The notes under the pieces are model-generated. The model was not told the DNA's origin, did not search any database, and saw only the letters and a program-made list of their open reading frames with translations. Of a DNA stretch of 32,000 nucleotides, positions 16,201-23,597 are shown piece by piece; position 1 is the stretch's first letter; each line of letters opens with the position of its first letter. The position numbers were made by a program, and so were the translations under genes. Source of the DNA: Candidatus Saccharimonadota bacterium (GTDB taxonomy: Bacteria; Patescibacteriota; Saccharimonadia; Saccharimonadales; UBA4665); assembly GCA_002952755.1 (NCBI GenBank), contig CP025011.1, positions 1,020,001 through 1,052,000 on the forward strand. Direction: 5' to 3'.

Positions 16201-16448
16201 ACACCTACTCAAATATTGGCCTGTGGGATTCTTCTGCCAACACGCTACTCACCACTGGCTCTGCGGCGTTTACGTCTGCTATACTCGGCAATCACTCATC
16301 GGCCCAATTGCGAACAATAGTACCCGTAATCGCCATGACGGACGGTACCAATTGTTACAATTACACGCCAGACGATCTAAGCTTTGTAGCTCAAGGTCAG
16401 AGCAGAGCTGCCTCGTTACTCGCCACCAACGTCCTAAGTTGTAACTAG
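13260..16448 (+). CDS. Large secreted protein with a central SGNH/GDSL hydrolase domain and a duplicated C-terminal module
   Basis: SD GGGGAGGG lies 8 nt upstream. N-terminal hydrophobic signal/anchor. SGNH blocks ALGDSYSSGEG (block I Ser), ACSGAQ (block II Gly), GIGGNDIGF (block III Asn) and SYHPNQLG (block V His), at about nt 14270-15060. Two Asp-rich TSP3-like motifs (DTDQNGVDD, DTDSDGIPD) each precede a ~80-aa repeat (..LY.ERNV...LGITD[YF]..). Confidence 0.9.
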   Translation: MNVYIRTSKLLKQSVRIFSKRAFYSIEAGLFGISLFFANIPLKAGATSAWLSGTPTLTTISTGSKPQAVNGQPCQDMPIRTKKSTFLSPSETWTTQCVGTFPYGYFTNSSYLQIGDVAGPIQDSNSRNALIPIPGTTNVFSISNGSWAQYYRYNYNVPAHLTATNGTGTVSYQINTAPQNTLSDAAGHNLQLNYSIMAFSNNGRYMVIDAPYLSLVRVDTATGVVTPFGSSFNYSNGNVNAAGQVAISDDGNIVAVSGQSRFQVYDLSTCASVPSTITGPVSCSVRDLYSFWPSGSALSGMNFVDDDTLTAYIHVPNTITYTKYAVTSYGHSITTQQYLALGDSYSSGEGAYDYELGTDTSDNKCHLSTSSYPYRIASSLSYSAFHSVACSGAQSKNIIGTVQYPTVPTPNSLGSWMPGITDQLQKVELSNPDVITVGIGGNDIGFKNIISNCVGSGTCYNSYDKRTALVDSIDNEYTKLSTDFSTIKSVSKSTAKIYAVGYPQVVDPSGGSCASNVRLNAEEISLANQLVAHLNYVVKQAATAAGVQYVDVSGAFSGHELCDLGTNNLAMNGLTLGQEVHHIVGAESYHPNQLGQYYLKQQILASTSNFSTYTPGTPSSAVTPNRSSTTAQALLGSYTAGDNNPIYLPIVLADAIPDTAYKAGGLSFTLAQTLSSLKPSTTYPVSIDGGSTSLGSFTTDSNGNLSVSAAIPNSVSNGVHTIDVMGTNVAGQAVDVTQTTAIGQAQGSFTGSTDSPSDCVLVSDSPIDTDQNGVDDACQGVIGRSPTDINNLYAAHQGVTSSGEDSAKVYLERNVSLAQSMLGITDYDPGNTGWSLVGVADASQLGNVANLKINDTGLTPNAYDEYVSMLSIRSSSSGCLQITPGSLAAVTSTSSKSMTVVATNTATCRTAAAAADTDSDGIPDNQQTLYRLRAGDTSLGESSSDLYIERNVNASEAALGITDFSDNNNSWSKIATFSSAYTYSNIGLWDSSANTLLTTGSAAFTSAILGNHSSAQLRTIVPVIAMTDGTNCYNYTPDDLSFVAQGQSRAASLLATNVLSCN

Positions 16449-16570
16449 AACAAACTACTTTTATCACTAGGGAGGTTTCGGGGTGAATTAGTATGCAACG
16501 CATGCCTCCGCTTTTCTCCCGAGGTGGGCGAGTGGACAATTCTGGAACTATTTTTGATATTATTATTCCT

Positions 16571-17056
16571 ATGTTGGTCTTCATTAGCGGCAGTATTAAT
16601 TCAGGTAAAACAACTACGTCAAAGTTATTAGCAGAGCGTTTAGGTGCTGTGCTAGTGAATGTCGATGACCTCAACGACACCATCCCGAATTTTAATCTAG
16701 CGACTGATTTAGATAAGTCTATGGATTTAGCTATTCAAACGATTAATAGTAATACCGAGCAAGGGAAAGACGTCGTAGCCAACTACGTTGTAAGACGAAG
16801 AGATTTCGACCGCTTTGAGCGGGAGATTAAAACTCAGCCCCAAATTGTTATTACGCTAGCCCCTCGTCTGGAAGTAGCACAGAGCAAACGGGGCGAACGT
16901 GAACTATCCCAATGGGAAGTCTCAAGGATAAAGCACCATTACGACACAGGGATAGCTTCGCCTAGGTTTGGATATATTATCGACAACTCCGACCTCTCAC
17001 TGGATGAGACAGTTGATTCTATTATTCAGATTATTCCAAAAAGTAACTTAAAATAA
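16571..17056 (+). CDS. P-loop NTPase, small kinase-like (AAA_33/shikimate-kinase-like)
   Basis: ORF 16493..17056, trimmed to the ATG at 16571. This places Walker A (GSINSGKTT) 6 aa from the N-terminus, as in small kinases. Substrate unknown. Confidence 0.7.
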   Translation: MLVFISGSINSGKTTTSKLLAERLGAVLVNVDDLNDTIPNFNLATDLDKSMDLAIQTINSNTEQGKDVVANYVVRRRDFDRFEREIKTQPQIVITLAPRLEVAQSKRGERELSQWEVSRIKHHYDTGIASPRFGYIIDNSDLSLDETVDSIIQIIPKSNLK

Positions 17057-17154
17057 AGTGGGACCGTAATCGTTTTTCACTCTAGTTTCGTACTTTCTGC
17101 CGCGAATAGCTGTGCAAATCTGCCAGATCCTTGCACTAAGGTATACTTGAGTGT

Positions 17155-17826
17155 ATGAAAACCGTTATTATCACCGGCGGGAGCGACGGACTCGGTAAGG
17201 CTCTAGCCGAAAGACTAGCGCCAGACAATACGGTCATCATCCTTGCCCGTAATGAGGCAGAAATGCATAAAATAGCCCTAGAGACGGGTTGTAGCTATTT
17301 TGTGTGCGATGTGCGCAATGCAAAACAGGTAGCAGCCACTTTTGATAAAATTTCCGAAGAGCACGGCGCAATAGATATCCTGATTAACAACGCTGGAGTT
17401 ATCGTAAACGCAGAGCTGGTAGATATCCCAGATGAAACTATCGAGAATGTCATAACCACCAACACACTCGGCACTATTTACACTGCAAAAGCAGCGCTCG
17501 TTCGCATGAAGGAACAGAGGCAAGGCTTAATTGTCAACGTTGTATCTACTGCTGGTATTACTGCCAAAGCTACCCGATCAATTTATAACGCTTCAAAGTG
17601 GGCAATTACTGGTTTTACTAAAGCACTGCAAGAAGAAGCAGCCGAATACAATGTGCGGGTGACTGGCTTTTATCCTGGCACGATTCGGACCAATCTGTTT
17701 GCTAAAGCGGGGTTGGCGCTCAACGGCAATGCACTTACTACCCAGCAAGCAGCAAAGGCTATTGAGTTCGTGCTGTCTTGCGACGACGAGGTGCTGATCC
17801 CAGAAATAGGCATGAAGCATATATGA
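17155..17826 (+). CDS. Short-chain dehydrogenase/reductase (SDR)
   Basis: Motifs TGGSDGLG (TGxxxGxG), NNAG and YNASK (YxxxK). TATACT lies 7 nt upstream of the ATG. Confidence 0.9.
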   Translation: MKTVIITGGSDGLGKALAERLAPDNTVIILARNEAEMHKIALETGCSYFVCDVRNAKQVAATFDKISEEHGAIDILINNAGVIVNAELVDIPDETIENVITTNTLGTIYTAKAALVRMKEQRQGLIVNVVSTAGITAKATRSIYNASKWAITGFTKALQEEAAEYNVRVTGFYPGTIRTNLFAKAGLALNGNALTTQQAAKAIEFVLSCDDEVLIPEIGMKHI

Positions 17827-18155
17827 ACTTTACTCACGTCAAAATAACTACGACCATTCCGCCACAGAACGCCGATGAACTGCGAGGAGCGCTGGGCAGG
17901 GCAGGTGCTGGCGTGATTGGTGAATACAGCTTTTGCAGCTTCTCAGTGCAAGGTAAAGGCCGCTTTAAGGCCAGCGAGAATGCTAGCCCGCACCTCGGCA
18001 ATCCTGGTGAGTTTGAAGTTGTTGAAGAAGAACAGGTTGAAGTGACCTGCGAACGCGATAGGGCTAAACAAGTTATCGATGCTCTCAAACAAGCCCATCC
18101 ATACGAAGAACCGATCATTGAGATAACCCCACTGCTGGCGGAGAATGAATTATGA
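17823..18155 (+). CDS. Small PII-like/NIF3-insert-like protein (COG3323-like)
   Basis: ORF 17778..18155, trimmed to the ATG at 17823, which overlaps the SDR stop (ATGA). The AHPYEEP motif and ~110-aa size fit PII-like/CutA/YqfO-insert folds. Confidence 0.6.
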   Translation: MNFTHVKITTTIPPQNADELRGALGRAGAGVIGEYSFCSFSVQGKGRFKASENASPHLGNPGEFEVVEEEQVEVTCERDRAKQVIDALKQAHPYEEPIIEITPLLAENEL

Positions 18156-18535
18156 AGCAAATTGAACAAACCTACACTATCAAAGCGCCAGTTGCCAAAG
18201 TTTGGCAGGCACTCACTGACGCATCAATGGCCGAGCAATGGGGCGCTACACCGGCAAAGGTTGACGCCCGTGAAGGTGGCGCATTCAGTTACTGGGATGG
18301 CGATATTCATGGCACCTACACTAAACTTATGCCAGAAAAACTCATCGAGCAGGATTGGTATGGCCATGATAACCCCACCTGGAAATATACGGTTAGTTTT
18401 GCATTTGAAGGCGACGGCAGTCAGACGACCGTTCATATGGTCTATTCCGGCAATATCGTCGATGAGCAGAAAGATATAGCTGACTGGCGTGACTACTACT
18501 TTGACCCAATTAAAAAGATGCTAGAGCAACAATGA
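18152..18535 (+). CDS. SRPBCC superfamily protein (AHSA1/START-like)
   Basis: 127 aa. Contains TIKAPVAKVWQALTD...EGGAFSYWDGDIHGTYTKL, typical of the Aha1-like SRPBCC family. ATGA overlap with the upstream gene. Confidence 0.8.
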   Translation: MKQIEQTYTIKAPVAKVWQALTDASMAEQWGATPAKVDAREGGAFSYWDGDIHGTYTKLMPEKLIEQDWYGHDNPTWKYTVSFAFEGDGSQTTVHMVYSGNIVDEQKDIADWRDYYFDPIKKMLEQQ

Positions 18536-19086
18536 AACTCCCCAACGCTCGCCGTAAGCGCGCCCTTATTGTCATTGATTTGCAGCCCACGTTTATTAAA
18601 CCCCACAACAGGCATATTGTGCCGAATATCATCGAATTGATTGAGCGCGTTCCGTATGACGCCTACATCGAGGCCGTCTTCCATGCCGAAAAAGGCTCAC
18701 TATGGGACACCCAGCAAGGCTTTACCGTGCCGCAAGACGAAACCATGAGGACAGTTGATGAAGTGGCCACCATACTACAACCACACAACCCGTTGCATGT
18801 TGTCAAAACCACCCGCTCAACCTTCAAGGGCGATCAAGACGTGGCGGCGTACTTGGCCGAGCATGGAATCGAAGAAGTTCACCTTGTTGGCACCGAAACA
18901 CACGACTGTGTGCTGGCAACAGCTTATGACGCTTTTGCTGCTGGCTATCCAGTGTATGCGCTTGAGGAGTGTTGCGAATCTGGCACACCAGGACGACACG
19001 AGGCGGGGTTAACTCTGCTACGTTGGCAGAGCATGACAAACAATTCATGTCGAGCTGAGACGGTGGAAGTGAGAATGGATGCATAA
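18532..19086 (+). CDS. Isochorismatase-family cysteine hydrolase
   Basis: ALIVIDLQPTF (catalytic Asp region), HLVGTETHDCVLATAYDA (catalytic Cys) and ~180-aa size. ATGA overlap with the upstream gene. Confidence 0.85.
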   Translation: MKLPNARRKRALIVIDLQPTFIKPHNRHIVPNIIELIERVPYDAYIEAVFHAEKGSLWDTQQGFTVPQDETMRTVDEVATILQPHNPLHVVKTTRSTFKGDQDVAAYLAEHGIEEVHLVGTETHDCVLATAYDAFAAGYPVYALEECCESGTPGRHEAGLTLLRWQSMTNNSCRAETVEVRMDA

Positions 19087-19750
19087 CCCACATTTGCTTC
19101 ATGTCTTTACGGATGCCGCTGGCAAGTACGGCGACCCCGCAAGCGTAATTATTGACGAGGGCAGGCGCATACCTGACTTGGAGCGTCAGGTGATATCTCG
19201 CATGCTCAACACAGGCGAAACTATATTTGTAAACGATCTTGCTACAGCGAGCATTAGCGTCGTACATCCACAAGGTGAGATCGGTTTTGCGGGAGTGGGT
19301 GTAATTGGTGCAGCGTGGCTCCTTGCTAAGTTGCGCAATGAGCCGACTACTGAAATGAAAGCGCGAGATGGCAAGATTGTCGTTTGGCACGAAGGTGAAC
19401 TTACCTGGGCACGAGCAAGCCTAACCGTTATGCCGCCTTGGAACTATAAACAATTCGGCAGCCCTGAAGCTATCGAGCATATAAAATTGGAAGACATGAC
19501 AGGAGAAGATCACACAATGGTGTGGGCTTGGATTGACGAGAGTAAAGGCTTAATTCGCGCTCGCACCTTTGCTGCAGACTGGGATATTCCAGAAGCACAG
19601 GGTAACGGCTCCGGCTCAATGGTACTGGCCGCGAAGCTCAATCGCAGCATTGAGATTAAGCACGGTGAGGGGGCCGTTATTTTTGCTAAAGCAGCACTGG
19701 ATGGTCATGCAGATATCGGTGGTCGTGTGGCCGAAATAGACGAAAGCTAG
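19079..19750 (+). CDS. PhzF-family (diaminopimelate-epimerase fold) isomerase-like protein, short form
   Basis: HVFTDAAGKYGDPASVI, GETIFV (the Glu of the sETaF motif) and RARTFAADWDIPEAQGNGSGSMVLA, which parallels the vRvFaP..Gi.EDpaTGSA motif. 223 aa, shorter than typical PhzF (~280-300 aa). 8-nt overlap with the upstream gene. Confidence 0.6.
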   Translation: MHNPHLLHVFTDAAGKYGDPASVIIDEGRRIPDLERQVISRMLNTGETIFVNDLATASISVVHPQGEIGFAGVGVIGAAWLLAKLRNEPTTEMKARDGKIVVWHEGELTWARASLTVMPPWNYKQFGSPEAIEHIKLEDMTGEDHTMVWAWIDESKGLIRARTFAADWDIPEAQGNGSGSMVLAAKLNRSIEIKHGEGAVIFAKAALDGHADIGGRVAEIDES

Positions 19751-19931
19751 TGGTCGATAAGCACGTACCTGTCGCCTTGTTTTAGGACGATGTCGCAACC
19801 GATAAAGAATCCCATATAGCACGGTTTACTACAGGCAGTAGCGAGGTACATGATTCCATCTGATCGTCGGCTATAATGTTGACGACAAGTTCACTTCGAG
19901 AGAGATACTTGAAATCGTAGACGATATAAAA

Positions 19932-20339
19932 TTGAGGTTAACACTATCCTCTCTAGTAGAGACGATTAACGAATCTGGACGTACACAAGTAGTGGCTGAA
20001 CAATATTTACCACCCGAACACCCTATAGTGCAAGCATTCATTGAGCTACCAGTCGATGGAGAGATAGAACTGCCTCTAGACGTATTGACCCCCATAACGA
20101 TTTACGGCGGGAAATCTAGCCTTACACCTAACGATCCTATAGAAGTATACCTGTTGCGCTGCACACGCGCTCCCCATATCGGGGAGTTAGCCCTTTGGAT
20201 CAGCGATGGCCATCACCGGTACTATAAGGCACTATTACACGACCACGCGCATACCATAAACGCCAGAAAGATCATCCCTGATCCGGATCATGATGTGCGG
20301 ATTATATTTGGCGCAGCAGCTGGGAAGAAGTGTAAGTAG
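19932..20339 (+). CDS. Small protein with a ParB/sulfiredoxin-like DGHHR motif
   Basis: TTG start; there is no ATG anywhere in the ORF. ALWISDGHHRYYKALL resembles the DGxHR motif of the ParB N-terminal/Srx fold. Start and function are uncertain. Confidence 0.45.
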   Translation: MRLTLSSLVETINESGRTQVVAEQYLPPEHPIVQAFIELPVDGEIELPLDVLTPITIYGGKSSLTPNDPIEVYLLRCTRAPHIGELALWISDGHHRYYKALLHDHAHTINARKIIPDPDHDVRIIFGAAAGKKCK

Positions 20340-20554
20340 CCCGGCAATAACGGCTCGTCTGCAAATACATTCCGAGAGAGCAAAGATACCTCAGAGGATT
20401 TCATTGAGCCCGATAAGCTTCGCCTCTGTTAGGAGAGTTAGAATCCAGATAAGCCCAGTTTGGCAAGCTTTGGCTATCGATTACCAATGGTGTTATAATA
20501 TCGTTCTTATGCCTGCGCCAATGCCGATCTTCTTGAATATCTTCTGGAGATAAA

Positions 20555-21439
20555 ATGACCAACCCTGATCATAGTCGTACTGCACCTCCTGAATGGAACG
20601 AACTTATTGCTATTGCCGAATACGAAATGGCCACAGCCAAGATAAGCGAACCTAACGTCGCTATCACCTCCGCTCTCTTTGACGTGGCGGAAAGAATAGA
20701 GGACGAGCCGCTTGATGACGCCCGATTTCAGGGCATCAGTCTGGTGATGTGTGGACTTGCTCGCGCACTAAAGGATCCCGAAACCCGCAGCACTCTAATT
20801 GCGAATATAGAGAGCGGGGCAATAGATACTTGGTATACCGGCACTTATTCACCAAAAGGGTTAACAATAGCGGAAGCGGGGATAAGGGGGCTTGGCACCG
20901 GTTTTGACACAATCAGCAAGCTGTCACATCGTGCGCTTACCCCGGCAGAGCAAGCCGTGTCAGATGTATTGAGTAGAGAAGCCAGCAGAAGAAGGTTCAA
21001 GCTTAAGTTTGGTATTGATACGCCTAGAGATGTAGAGGCCCTCTTTGAAGAGAGCCCGACCGCTCACAATGTAGGCAATAACGCCATCAGTGCAGCGTCG
21101 AGATTGCTAAGCGCATCTCTCAAAAAGATCTACGAGAGTAAGGTCGCACAAGGGATACTGTCGACAGATATACTACCGGAGCCTAGCCTTCCCATCGACG
21201 ATCAACAAAACTCTCCAGCTCTCGCGGCAGTAGTAAGCAACGAGGAACTTTCTGCGCTCAAACTGGATCAAATCGCCCTACGCGTTGCAACATTACGGCA
21301 GGATGAGTTCACGCTAGATTTAGAAAAATATATAAAGGTGGATGAGGAAGGCCGACTAACTTTCCTAAGAGATCAAAAAATCAGGGCACGAGACCTTGTG
21401 CCACCTGGGGTAGTGAAAGTCGGCACAAGGAGCAGGTAA
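20555..21439 (+). CDS. Hypothetical protein (294 aa orphan)
   Basis: SD GGAGA lies 4-5 nt upstream. Protein-like composition. May continue by frameshift into 21457-21648. Confidence 0.7.
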   Translation: MTNPDHSRTAPPEWNELIAIAEYEMATAKISEPNVAITSALFDVAERIEDEPLDDARFQGISLVMCGLARALKDPETRSTLIANIESGAIDTWYTGTYSPKGLTIAEAGIRGLGTGFDTISKLSHRALTPAEQAVSDVLSREASRRRFKLKFGIDTPRDVEALFEESPTAHNVGNNAISAASRLLSASLKKIYESKVAQGILSTDILPEPSLPIDDQQNSPALAAVVSNEELSALKLDQIALRVATLRQDEFTLDLEKYIKVDEEGRLTFLRDQKIRARDLVPPGVVKVGTRSR

Positions 21440-21456
21440 TTCTGCACACACGGCGG

Positions 21457-21648
21457 TTGAAATGTCCAGCTGTTTACGTGGATGGCTTGATCCCTATGAT
21501 GGTAGATTTCGTCAACGAAGCCACCCTTGTTATGCAGGCCCAGATATTACCAGCGGCCAAAAGACGCTTCTATAATGATTCACGGGCTAGGCCTAACTTC
21601 GGATTAGTAGAGTACGTAGACCGCCCTCTGCGCCGTCGTACTAATTAA
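21457..21648 (+). CDS. Small ORF (63 aa), either independent or the frameshifted C-terminus of the preceding gene
   Basis: TTG start, with an internal ATG-ATG at 21496. The sequence CPAVYVDGLIPMMVDFVNEATLVMQAQIL looks protein-like. Its frame is open back to 21370, overlapping the 3' end of 20555-21439. Confidence 0.3.
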   Translation: MKCPAVYVDGLIPMMVDFVNEATLVMQAQILPAAKRRFYNDSRARPNFGLVEYVDRPLRRRTN

Positions 21649-22099
21649 TCATTAAAATAGCACCGGTAACTGCTTGCTTCCTTTCTCATCCTCAAAAAGT
21701 GTAATCCTCGACGGCATGCCACGATTACTCGATTTGCAAGCACAGTTGCGGCAGCAGCCTGACAAACTATTTTGCGGCTATGGTATGTAGTCACGTTACG
21801 CCTGTCGGCGGCATATCATAAGACTTATCACTCTATATTCGCAAGTAAAGAGAAGAGATTTTGTACTTCTTCTCTATCTACAGGTAAGTCGCTCATGCCT
21901 AGCGCCTTTTCTTCTGCGACTCCGGCGAGTATAGCCCTCAGCCTATCTGTAAGAGGCATGCCTCTATGTATAGTCCATTCAATGGCGGGCTGACCAAATT
22001 CTGCGTCGTATGGGCAGGATATACGAGCTCAGCTTTTTGCTCATTTGGTCGCTACTGGAAATGGATTGGAGAGAAGCATCTGTACGGAGGCGGCAAATC

Positions 22100-22753
22100 T
22101 TAGATCAACGTCTGTCGTAAATCTTCAAGCGTAATATTATCCGCTATCCCTGGCTTATCGATTAAATAGGCGGTTACATCATCAACCACCATACCGTGCG
22201 ACTCTTGAAGACCACCGCTAATCATACGTAGGTACGCCGCTGACGGAAGCGTAAAGACATCAGGGGGTTCCAATTTAGTAAAGCTCAATATTGGATAGCC
22301 ATCTTGTTCGCCGCAATAAATCAACTCGCTGTAGGGCCCCTCAGGCAGTACTGCAATATGCCCCATCGCCTTAACGCTCTTGAGGTCGATTGCGACCTCG
22401 AGACCAGTCCTTACATCTTCCTGTATTACAACTTCTTCGAACTGAGGCAAACTTATAAGATAGGCGCGTGCTTTCGTAGGCTCTCCTGCTGCGTCCAAGG
22501 TAATATGCGCACCGCCGCCTCCGCCCCAAAAAGTTGCATCTCCAGCAAAATATAATGACTGGGGTAGTTCTAGGGCTATATCGCCAAGAGGAGGGCGCGT
22601 GTCAGAGCATCCCGGGAACCTGCGTACAGCCCCAAGCGGTGTGCCACCTTGTACATAACACATGAAACGGTCACGATTTAGATTGGTACCATAACTTGCA
22701 TACCATATAAATGTATCTGATCCACCACGGGAACGTTCAGACTCAAAAGACAT
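22100..22753 (-). CDS. Gamma-glutamylcyclotransferase-like (GGCT/AIG2-like fold) protein
   Basis: SD AAGGAGAGG upstream. N-terminal WYASYGTNLNRDRF matches the YFAYGSNM-type GGCT motif. Followed by RFPGC...LYFAGDATFWGGGG. Confidence 0.6.
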   Translation of the reverse strand: MSFESERSRGGSDTFIWYASYGTNLNRDRFMCYVQGGTPLGAVRRFPGCSDTRPPLGDIALELPQSLYFAGDATFWGGGGGAHITLDAAGEPTKARAYLISLPQFEEVVIQEDVRTGLEVAIDLKSVKAMGHIAVLPEGPYSELIYCGEQDGYPILSFTKLEPPDVFTLPSAAYLRMISGGLQESHGMVVDDVTAYLIDKPGIADNITLEDLRQTLI

Positions 22754-22851
22754 TTTGGCCTCTCCTTATTTTTGCAGCTCGAATTATAGCATGCGGCTTA
22801 AGAGCAGGCTCCGCACTTGTCCGTCCAACCCCGGCAGATTATACTGAACGC

Positions 22852-23586
22852 ATGAAAACTATTCTCATTACAGGCTCAAACCGCGGGATCGGCAAGGCAA
22901 TTGCCACACTTGCGCATGCACAAGGTTACACCGTCATTATTCACGGTAAGACAGATGGAGATGCGTTACAGGAGGTACATCAAACTCTTAAAGGTTCTAT
23001 CAAGACACATTTTGACATAGTCGACAAGAAAGCGACGCACGACGCTATAGCGAACCTCATTGCTAAAGTTGGCCCAATTGATGTACTCGTTAACAATGCC
23101 GGACTAGCCATTAACGATCTGAAAGACATCTCTGATATCGATGATGATAATGCTGTTGAAGAATACCAAATCAACGTTTTAGGCATGCTGCATTGCATCC
23201 AGGCCGTTCTGCCGACTATGTTGAAAAAAGGGGAAGGCAGCGTTGTCTCGATAAGCTCTATAAAAGGCTACGCCAACCTCACCACAATGAGTTCTCTTAC
23301 TTACGCGCCTACTAAAGCAGGTGTTATCTCCATGAGTAAAGCACTTGCAAAGAGTTACCCCGCAGTACGCTTTAATGTTGTATCGCCTGGGTGGGTGGAT
23401 ACTGATCAAACAGCTGGCTGGACAGACGAGGACTACCAACGTATTAACGATAGCACGATCTTAGGAAGAATTGCGCAACCGGCAGAAATAGCACCCCTTG
23501 TTATGTTTCTCGCTTCTGAGGGCGCTAGTTATATTACTGGCTCAGATTTTCTTATCGATGGTGGTTTTTCCCTTAAGGGAAAGTAA
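22852..23586 (+). CDS. SDR family oxidoreductase (FabG-like)
   Basis: ORF 22711..23586, trimmed to the ATG at 22852 (MKTILITGSNRGIGKAIA). Motifs NNAG, YAPTKAG (YxxxK) and the C-terminal ITGSDFLIDGG. Confidence 0.9.
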   Translation: MKTILITGSNRGIGKAIATLAHAQGYTVIIHGKTDGDALQEVHQTLKGSIKTHFDIVDKKATHDAIANLIAKVGPIDVLVNNAGLAINDLKDISDIDDDNAVEEYQINVLGMLHCIQAVLPTMLKKGEGSVVSISSIKGYANLTTMSSLTYAPTKAGVISMSKALAKSYPAVRFNVVSPGWVDTDQTAGWTDEDYQRINDSTILGRIAQPAEIAPLVMFLASEGASYITGSDFLIDGGFSLKGK

Positions 23587-23597
23587 CATTTTTGCCA

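Noticed and set aside
20290-20553. ORF 20290-20553 (87 aa) between the DGHHR gene and the 294-aa orphan
   Set aside because: It overlaps the 3' end of 19932-20339 and has a non-protein-like composition. Only its last 14 codons (after the TATAAT) might be translated as a mini-ORF, and that is noted under the DGHHR finding.
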